NCBI RefSeq assembly: GCF_004010195.1
Contig: NC_057743.1
Span: 26,277,377 to 26,341,376 of the forward strand
Length of the DNA: 64,000 bases
Origin: Chiloscyllium plagiosum
Taxonomy: Eukaryota
Reading direction: 5' to 3'
Program-made: the position numbers and the translations under genes
In this document: in pieces, positions 55,915-64,000 of the stretch
Layout: every line of letters starts with the position of its first letter
Numbering within the stretch: the first letter of the stretch is position 1
Notes under the pieces: model-generated
Told to the model about the DNA's origin: nothing
Databases searched by the model: none
What the model saw: the letters and a program-made list of their open reading frames with translations, nothing else

Positions 55915-56233
55915 TAGGGTAGAAAGGGAAGTGATTGCTGGGCCCCTTGCTGAGATATTTGTATCATCGATAGTCACAGGTGAGATGCCCAGAAGGTTGG
56001 CTAACATGGTGCCACTGTTTAAGAAAGGTGGTTAGGACAAGGCAGGGAACTATAGACTAGTGAGCCTGACATCGGTGGTGGGCAAGTTGTTGGAAGAAAT
56101 TCTGAGGAACAGGATGTACATATGTTTGGAAAGGCAAGAACTGATTAGTGATAGTCAACATGGATTTGTGTGTGGGAAATCATGTCTCATAAACTTGATT
56201 AAGTTTTTTGAAGAAGTAACGAAGAAGATTGAT
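55915..56233 (+). mobile_element. CR1 RT fragment inverted relative to 54612-55906
   Basis: LANMVPLFKKG..DK.GNYR.VSLTSVVGK...QHGF. Confidence 0.88.
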
Positions 56234-56239
56234 GAAACT

Positions 56240-57770
56240 AAGTGGGAGGTGGGTAAGCATTCAGTTATAGGAGAAATTAGAAAACCTGAATTAAAGAGGA
56301 AGCAAGAGTACAGAACTGCAGCGAGGTCATTAAAGTCTCCAGCACAGATACAACTCGGACAGAGTGTTTGAAAAGGGTTAGCAATCAAACTTCAAGCACA
56401 CTGGACAAACAAATGTCAGCGAGAAGAGGGACGGTTAATACAGGACTGAAGGTGTTATATCTAAATGCATACAGTATCAGGAATAAGGTAAATGAGCTTG
56501 TGGTGTAGATCGAAATTGGCAGTTACAGCATGGTGGCCATCACGGAGACGTGGCTTCAAGTGGATCAGGATTGGGAGCTGAATATTCAAGGATATACATC
56601 CTATTGGAAAAATAGGCTGGTGGGCAGAGGGGTAAGGTTGCCTTATTCGAAAGAAATTAAATTAAATCAATAGTAAGAAACAAAGTAGGGTCAGATAGTG
56701 TAGAATCTGTGTGGGTAGAATTGAGGAACTGTAATGTGAAAAAAACATAGTTGGAATTATGAACAGGCCTCCAAACAGTAGTCAGGAGCTAGGACACAAG
56801 ATAGAAAAGATGTACAGGAAAGGCAAAGTTATAGTGATCCTGAGGGATTTCAATATGGGAAAATCAGATTGGTAGTGATTTGCAAGAAAAGGAATTTGTA
56901 GAATGTCTACAAGAAAGCTTTTGGAGGAGCTTGTGGTGGAGTCCACTAGGGAACAGGCAATATTGGGTTTAATGTTGTGCAATGAGGCAGACTTGATAAG
57001 AAAGCTTAAGGTAAAAGGAACCTTTAAGAGGCAGTGAGCATAATATAATTGAATTTACTCTGCAATTTGAGGGGGAGAAGATAGTATCAGAGGTAACGGT
57101 ACTAAAGCTTAATAAAGGCAACTACAGAGGCTTGAGGGAGGAGCTGGATAGAATTGACTGGGAGAGGAGCCTAGCAGGAAACACATTGGAACAGCAATGG
57201 CTGGAATATCTGGGAGTAATTCAGGAGACACAGCAGAGATTCATCCCGAAGAAAAAGAAGCATGGTAGAAGGAGGATGAGGCAACCATGGCTGACTGGGG
57301 AAGTCAGGATAGCATAAAAACAAAAGAGAAAGCATATAATGTGGCAAAGGGCAGTGGTTAACCAGAGGATTGGGAAGCTTACAAAGACCAACAAAAAAAG
57401 AAATAAGGAGGGAGAAGATTAAATATGAGGGTAAGCTAGCCAGTAATATAAAGAAAGACTGTAAGAGTTTCTTGATGTAAAGGGCAAAAGTGGATATTGG
57501 ACCACTGGAAAATGACACTGGAGAGATAGTAGTGGGGAACAAGAAATGGCTGAGGAACTGAATAATTACTTTGCATCAGTAGATGTTGGGAAGATGTTTC
57601 CATTGGTAGGATCCAAGGGCACAGTCTTAGAGTAAAGAGAAGACCTTTTAGAAAGGAGATAAGCAGAAACTTCTTCAGCCAGAGTGTGGCAAATCTATGG
57701 AATTCAGTGCCAAAAATGACAGTGGAGGCCAGGTCATTGAATATATTTAAGACGGAGACAAATAGATGAA
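56240..57770 (+). mobile_element. CR1 LINE endonuclease/linker region joined to a 3' piece
   Basis: LKVLYLNAYSIRNKVNEL...ITETWL; STREQAILGL; FFSQ....WNSVP. Confidence 0.85.
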
Positions 57771-57774
57771 TAGG

Positions 57775-59150
57775 TTGGGAACATTTGTGGAGCTTCCTTC
57801 TCCAGTGAGCTTAACTGTCCACTACTATTCATGACTGGATATGGCAGGATTGCAGAACTTAGATCTGATCCATTGGTTGTGGGATCATTTAACTCTGTCT
57901 GTCACTTGCTGCTTATGTTGTTTGGCATGCAAGTTGTCCTGTTTGATAGTTTCACCAGGTTGACACCTTATTCTAGGTATGTCTGATGCTGTTCCAGCAC
58001 ACTCCATTGAACCAGGGTTAATCCTTGGCTTGACAGTTATGGTTAAGTGGAGGATATGCTGGATGTTGCAGATTGTGCTAAAGTACAGTTCTGCTACTAT
58101 TGATGGTGACTGATGCTCAGTCTTGAATTCCTAGATTGGTTTAAAGTCTCTCCCATTTAGCACCATGGTAATATCACATAACACAATGGTGGGTATTCAC
58201 AGTGTGAAGATGGGCCTTCATCTTCACAAGGACTGTGTGATAGTCACCCTTACCAATGCTGCCATGGACAGAGTTAAATATCAAACAACACCAGATTATA
58301 GTCCAACAGGTTTATTTGGAAGTACAAGCTTTCAGAGCGCTGTTCCTTTATAAGGTAGCTACTTGATGAAGGAGCAGCGCTCTGAAAGCTTGTACTTCCA
58401 AATAAACCTGTTGGACTATAACCTGGTGTTGTTTGATATTTAACTTTGTCCACCCAGTCCATATATCATGGACAGAAGCAGCTAGAGCGGGCAGATTGGT
58501 AAGGATGAGGTCAAATATGTTTTGCCCCTTCATTGGTTCCCTCACTACTTGCTGCAGAACCAGTTTAGCAGCTATGTCCTTTCGGACCGATCAGCCCGAT
58601 CAGTAGTGCTGCTGCTGAGCCACTCTTGTTGTGGACATTGAAATCCCACTCCCAGACTACATTTTGCACCCTTGCCACCCTAAGTGCTGCATCCAATTGT
58701 TGTTTCAACTTCGAAGAGTATTTATTCATCAGTGGAGTCAGTACATGGTAATTAGCAGGATGTTTCTTTACCTATATGTAACCTAGGACTTCATGAGGTC
58801 TGGAGTCAATGTTGAGGATTCCCTGGGCAACTCCTTCCCAACTGTTTACTACCATGCTGCCTCCTCTGCTGGATCTGTCTTGCCAGTGAGACAGGACACA
58901 TCCAGGGATGGTGATGGTGTCTTGGATATTGTCACTAACATTTGATTCTGTGAGTATGACTATACTGGCAGTTGCTTGACTAATCTCCCAATTTTGGCAC
59001 TACCCCCCAGCTGTTAGTCAGGAGAACTTTGCAGGGTCAACAGGGCTGTTTCTGCTGTTGTCTTTTCTGGTGCCTATGTGGATGGCAAGTGGTCTGTCCG
59101 GTTTCATTTCTTTGTTAAGACTTCATAGCGATTGTTACAACTGACTGGCA
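57775..59150 (-). mobile_element. Degraded LINE endonuclease region (family of 19860-21298)
   Basis: REPMKGQNIFDLILTNLP motif. Confidence 0.7.
58273..58466. mobile_element. Palindromic Penelope-derived hammerhead cassette, family B, 10-bp TSD
   Basis: ~78-bp inverted arms; tTGATGA-A-GGAGC-AGC-GCTCt-GAAA-GCTT; TSD catggacaga at 58263-58272 and 58467-58476. Confidence 0.88.
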
Positions 59151-62079
59151 TGCTAGGCCATTTCAAATGGCAGTTGAGAATCAACCATATTGCCCTGGGT
59201 CTGGAGTCACATGTAGGCCAAACCAGATGAGGATGGAGATTTCTTTCCCTGAAGGACATTAGTGAGCCAGATGAACTTTTTCAACAACCGATAATGGTTT
59301 CATGATCATTAGTAAATTCTTGGTTTCCATAATTTATTTTTTAATTGAATTAAAATTCCACCATCTTCCACTAATCAAACTTGGTTCCCCAGAATAGTAG
59401 CTGGATTAGTAGTCTAATGATAATAGCATGCCTTGGAATTTAGGAATGGAACAACAATTTGGCAGTACTGTTACCACATAGACTGAATAGTTGAAGAAGG
59501 AGGCTCACCAGATCTTCTCAAGGACAACAAGAGATGGCTAACGAATGCTGACCTTGTCAGGTCTGCAATGAATTAATACATTAAAAGTTAGGAGCAATCT
59601 CACAGAGTTCAACGACAGAGCAGAGTATGGTGTTTCAGACCTTAATCTCATTGAATTCTGCAGAAATACAGAGGAGGATGCAATGTGAGAAAGCACCATG
59701 TTCACAAACAATATCATTTATGAAATGGCTGCTTTCAGTGCTTTGAAAAAGCTACACTACACTAGAAGAGAGATTCGGGAGTTTTGGGAAAGGTGGGAAT
59801 TGAGTTTAAAATAATGGCACCATGTATGAGGATCCAACATGGAAAGAGGTTAGAAGGTAAAAACCATACAGTAAGGAAAAGAATTTCTACCCCAACACGC
59901 CAGTTGTACAGAATTTATATGGACCCTGTAGCACATGATTACCTGAGGCGACAGTCTGAAAAACATTGATCAAAGTGAACAACTCCTATAATAACCTCCA
60001 TGGCAACAAAACGCTTGCATTTATGTAGTATCTATATGTAGAAAAATATACCAAGGAATTCTTGGGAGTATTATTGAACACATTTTTGCAATGAACCACG
60101 TGGTGAAAGGTCGGGACTCGTTTCCCCCCTCCAAATTTGATCAAGCAAAACCCCAGAATATTTCCACTATTTGGCAGAATGTTAGTATGTGTTACATAAA
60201 TATATCAATAAGAATTATTTTGGGATATTACTGACTATTACAGTATGGCACTGAAGGTGATATATTAGGTTTTTGGGATGTAATCGTAAGGATTTGAAGA
60301 GTATCCTGCTCCAATTATTGGGCAAGATGGTAGAGCTTTGAAGGCTGTTATGATATGGGCTGATAGATGTTATGGTAGTGTGTTGTGGGGTATTGTTGTA
60401 GCATGTTGACTTAGAATCCCTGTAAGGCCTCACTTGTCCCTATCTCTGTAGTCTAATCCTAGTCCTCAAACCTCCAGGTTCTTAGCGGTCCTTTAATTCA
60501 GGGCATCTGCACATTTTTGGTTTTAATTGCTGTATCATTGCCTGCTGGCTGTTGACTTCTTTGGTCCAAAGCTTTGGAATTCCTTATCTAAACCTCTCCT
60601 ACTTTGTCCTTCTTTAAGATGTTCCATGCAATGTGTCATCAACCAAATGTTTGGTCACCTATCCCAATACTCCTTAGCTTCAAACTGTGTTTAGTAAAAC
60701 TCTGTTAAAGTCCCTTGGGTTATGCTTAACCGAATTAACAGCACTAAATAAATGCACACTTGTTATCATACTAAAGCTGTTATAGAAATAGTTCTGATTG
60801 GTCAATGTTTCATAAAGGAGTGATGCTCTTATCTAAAATGAATGTGCACAGAAATATTGCATTATGCAAAACGTTGTCCTGGGGAAAATGGCAGGCTACC
60901 TGAAAAGCAGTAAAATACAGAAAGTATATGATGATCTTTCTGTAGAGACATGGATTTTAATGTCATTCAGCAGCCCTGAAATCTCATGATCTTTTATAAC
61001 AAAGTCATCACTTTTTAATGACTGACTGGAGGTTGGTGGTGCTGGATTAATGCAAGTCATGTAACTCTTCTATAAATTACATTCGTCAGCAGTTCCCAGA
61101 CGAACAACTTGCAAAAAAACCGCTTTGGCTCGTCTCCATAGAAACTTAACATTCTGCAAGGAGCCCATCAGATAAAATGAATACTGACAGCACTATAATC
61201 TGATAAAAGTGTAGTTTTTTTAACATTTCTTTTTGTACTTTGTGAATTTTGTTCTTATTAAGTAAGGAATATCTGCATTTAGGAATGGAGCACTTTCATT
61301 TTGTGTTTCAAATGTCAAGGATAAGATATAGTGTAGAGACAGACTTGAACAGCTTCTCCTAGTTTTGTGTCATTTATCACCGAGAATGAACAAGGGTGGC
61401 AATGTCAGACAATATATTTGCTCTTAAGTTCTTCTCCAAGCCATACACCATCTTTATTTGAATAAATTGAACATATTCATGTTTACTGGGTAAAATCCTG
61501 GAATTTCCCAACTAACAGCATCATGGCAACATCAATATCAGCTGGACAGCAACAGTACAAGGTGGAGGTTCACTATCAATAACTTAGAGATGGGCCATGG
61601 TCAGAATTGTCCAAATTACCAGAACAAACCTTAGCCCAACAAGGCATCTTGGCCTGAAACTGAACCCAAGTAAATCTCCTCCTGTTGCGGCAATTTCTTT
61701 TGTCCACCTCCTGTCTTGTCCTCTCTGCTTCAGGTATTTTGTATAGTGTCAACTGTTTTTGAATTGCAGGCAATTTTATATGTTGCCTGATTGGAAAGAA
61801 ATATTATGCATTTATATAGCATTTTCATCCGAGGGTGTCCCACAGCACTTCACACTTTAGAAAAGTAGTCAAAGCTTGTATGTAATCATTCACAGCAATC
61901 GGTTTGAGAATAGCAAATTATCACAAGTGGGGAATGAGATGGGTGAACAGATAATCTATTTTTATGGAATTCGTAAGGTATAATGGGAGTCACTTCTATG
62001 TTGTGGGCTCAAGGGACTGGTGTGAAACTTCCCTCACCTAGGCAGGATGCTTACAACTAACAGAGAGTCCCATCATAAT

Positions 62080-62420
62080 AAAACAAAGAACTGTGGATGC
62101 TGAAGATCTGAAAAAAACCCAGAAATTATTGGAGAAACTCAGCATCATCTGTGAAGAGAAAACAGAGTTAATGTTTTGAGTCTGGTGATTTCTTCAGAAC
62201 TGATAGTATCATTTATGCTGATGATGTGGATGTGCCGGTGTTGGACTGGGGTGGACAAAGTTAAAAGTCACACAGCACCAGGTTATAGTCCAATAGGTTT
62301 ATTTGGAAGTACTAGCTTTCGGAGCCCAGAAAGTGAGAGAAAGACAGGTAGATAAAGGAATGGCTGCTAATAAGCCAGGGAAAGAGAAAATGGTGAGCTG
62401 GAGATGTCGAAAATGGTGAG
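62080..62420 (-). mobile_element. Penelope family C 3' tail with a nested family B arm (62222-62325)
   Basis: Reverse complement ttCTGAAGAaatcaccagactcaaaacattaactct; nested gctccGAAAGCTAgtacttccaaataaacc arm. Confidence 0.72.
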
Positions 62421-63225
62421 CCCCATTATCTGGGTTTACTTCAAATGCAAGTCACAGACTCAAAAAACAAATATTTAGTGTGCTGTAATACCGAGACCCA
62501 AGAAATATGCAACAAAAACAGAAAATGTTGGAATTACTCAGCAGGATACCAGTCTTTTCCACAAATGCTGAGTGTCTCATCTTTTTGTTTTAGTTTTAGA
62601 TTTCCTGACATACAATTTTTATATCTCTTCTTATTCCAAAAAATGTTTTTTCTGAAATAAATGATGGTGATAATGACTGAGTGCTATGAAAATGAGTTTC
62701 ATGTCGAGCTAATTGAAGCTTGGAAGTAATAAACAAGTCCTCACTGGGCCCCCTTAGATCTGCATTGACTTCCTTTTTATGTGGAATCCAACATTCACTC
62801 CTAGTGTACCAATTGTACTTGGCACCATTGGTGTCACTAGTGTTCCAATACCAGTTCCAAATGACCATTCTTTCTTCATGAGCAAAGGCAGTGAAAATTG
62901 ATAGACTGTGGAGTATAAGCTGCCTGAAAAATGAGTGTCCTCCTACATATATGCACCATCAATAAAGACAATCTATTTCTATCATGTAATATTGCCCAAC
63001 TGTACCACTATTCCATCTCATCTGCTGATGAAAGTTTATCCATGCCTTTATGATCCCTGGACATGGTCGTTCCAAAGCAATCTTGGCTGACCTTTCACAT
63101 TTCCTCTCTGCAACTTGAGGTCAAAGCCTGACTTCCCATGTTTCAATTCACCCCAAATCTTGCTCACGCTTCACCCTTATACTTGCTGACTGTCAATTAT
63201 TACTAATTAATCATAATCACCATTA

Positions 63226-63452
63226 TAGAACATAGAACATTGCAGTACAGGACAGGCCCCTCGGCCCTCGATGTTGCGCCAATCTGTGAAACTGATCTGA
63301 AGCCCATCTAACTTACACTATTCCATTATCATCCATATATTTATCCAATGACCATTTAAATGTCCTTAAGTTGGCGAGTCTACTACTGCAGGCAGGATGT
63401 TCCACGCCCTTACGACTTGCTGAGTAAAGAACATCCCTCTGACATCTGTCCT
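63226..63452 (-). mobile_element. CR1 LINE 3' tail
   Basis: atagaacatagaaca tail; reverse complement of FFTQ.VVRAWNILP. Confidence 0.8.
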
Positions 63453-64000
63453 AGAAGATTCACATTCTTGTTTTCAAATTCTTTTATAGCCTCACACCTC
63501 CCAAACTCTATGATCTTCTCCAAAGCCCTCCAATAACTGTGCACCTGTCATCATAGACTCGTTTTAATCACCCTGCCATTGATCGCTGTGCCTTTAGTTT
63601 CTAAGACTCTAAACTGTAGCCTCCTTTGCCTAAATTTCCTCCCTGTCAATCTCTCTTTTGTAATTTTTTTTGACCTAATGTTTTGACCAAGCTTTTGGCT
63701 GTGTGCTCTTCATTTGGTTTGATGATAAATTTTGTTTGATTCCACATATAAAGCACCTTCAGACTTTTTATTACATTGAAGACACTGTATAAAAACAAGC
63801 TGCTGTTGAAGACATGCCGGCCAATCTTATCTTGACCAACTTCCACAAAGTGTGTTTTCCAGTGATAATTAGTGAATAGTGATCCAGGGTGAGAATCCTG
63901 GTGAATTTTTATTCACCCTAGCTTGCCAATTAAGGCCAATTTTAACAACTCAACTGAAGCTATCTGACATAGCACAGGGCAGAGATCTCATACCTAGGAC

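Overview
Vertebrate genomic DNA, very likely from a cartilaginous fish, judged from HE1-type tRNA-derived SINEs and HER1/CR1 LINEs typical of sharks. The window holds one complete protein-coding gene on the minus strand: DNAJC11, the mitochondrial outer-membrane J-domain co-chaperone. It has 16 coding exons from ATG 49307 to TGA 4643, a 1677-nt CDS (558 aa), a 17.7-kb first intron, a GC-AG intron 2 and a CpG-rich promoter at about 49.05-49.5 kb. The rest is mostly retroelement debris: CR1/HER1, Rex1/Babar-like, L2-like, RTE-like, SINEs and two possible solo LTRs. The most notable unexplained structure is a set of about 11 short Penelope-derived insertions carrying minimal hammerhead-ribozyme motifs (CUGANGA...GAAA), in four sequence families. 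Several are ~190-220-bp head-to-head palindromic cassettes with 8-14-bp target-site duplications, and two have intact cores in the sense of the DNAJC11 pre-mRNA. There are also two near-perfect local inverted duplications: 179 bp in the last intron and 96 bp upstream of the gene. Exon boundaries were counted by hand. Repeat boundaries are approximate, and family names come from motif recognition, not database searches.
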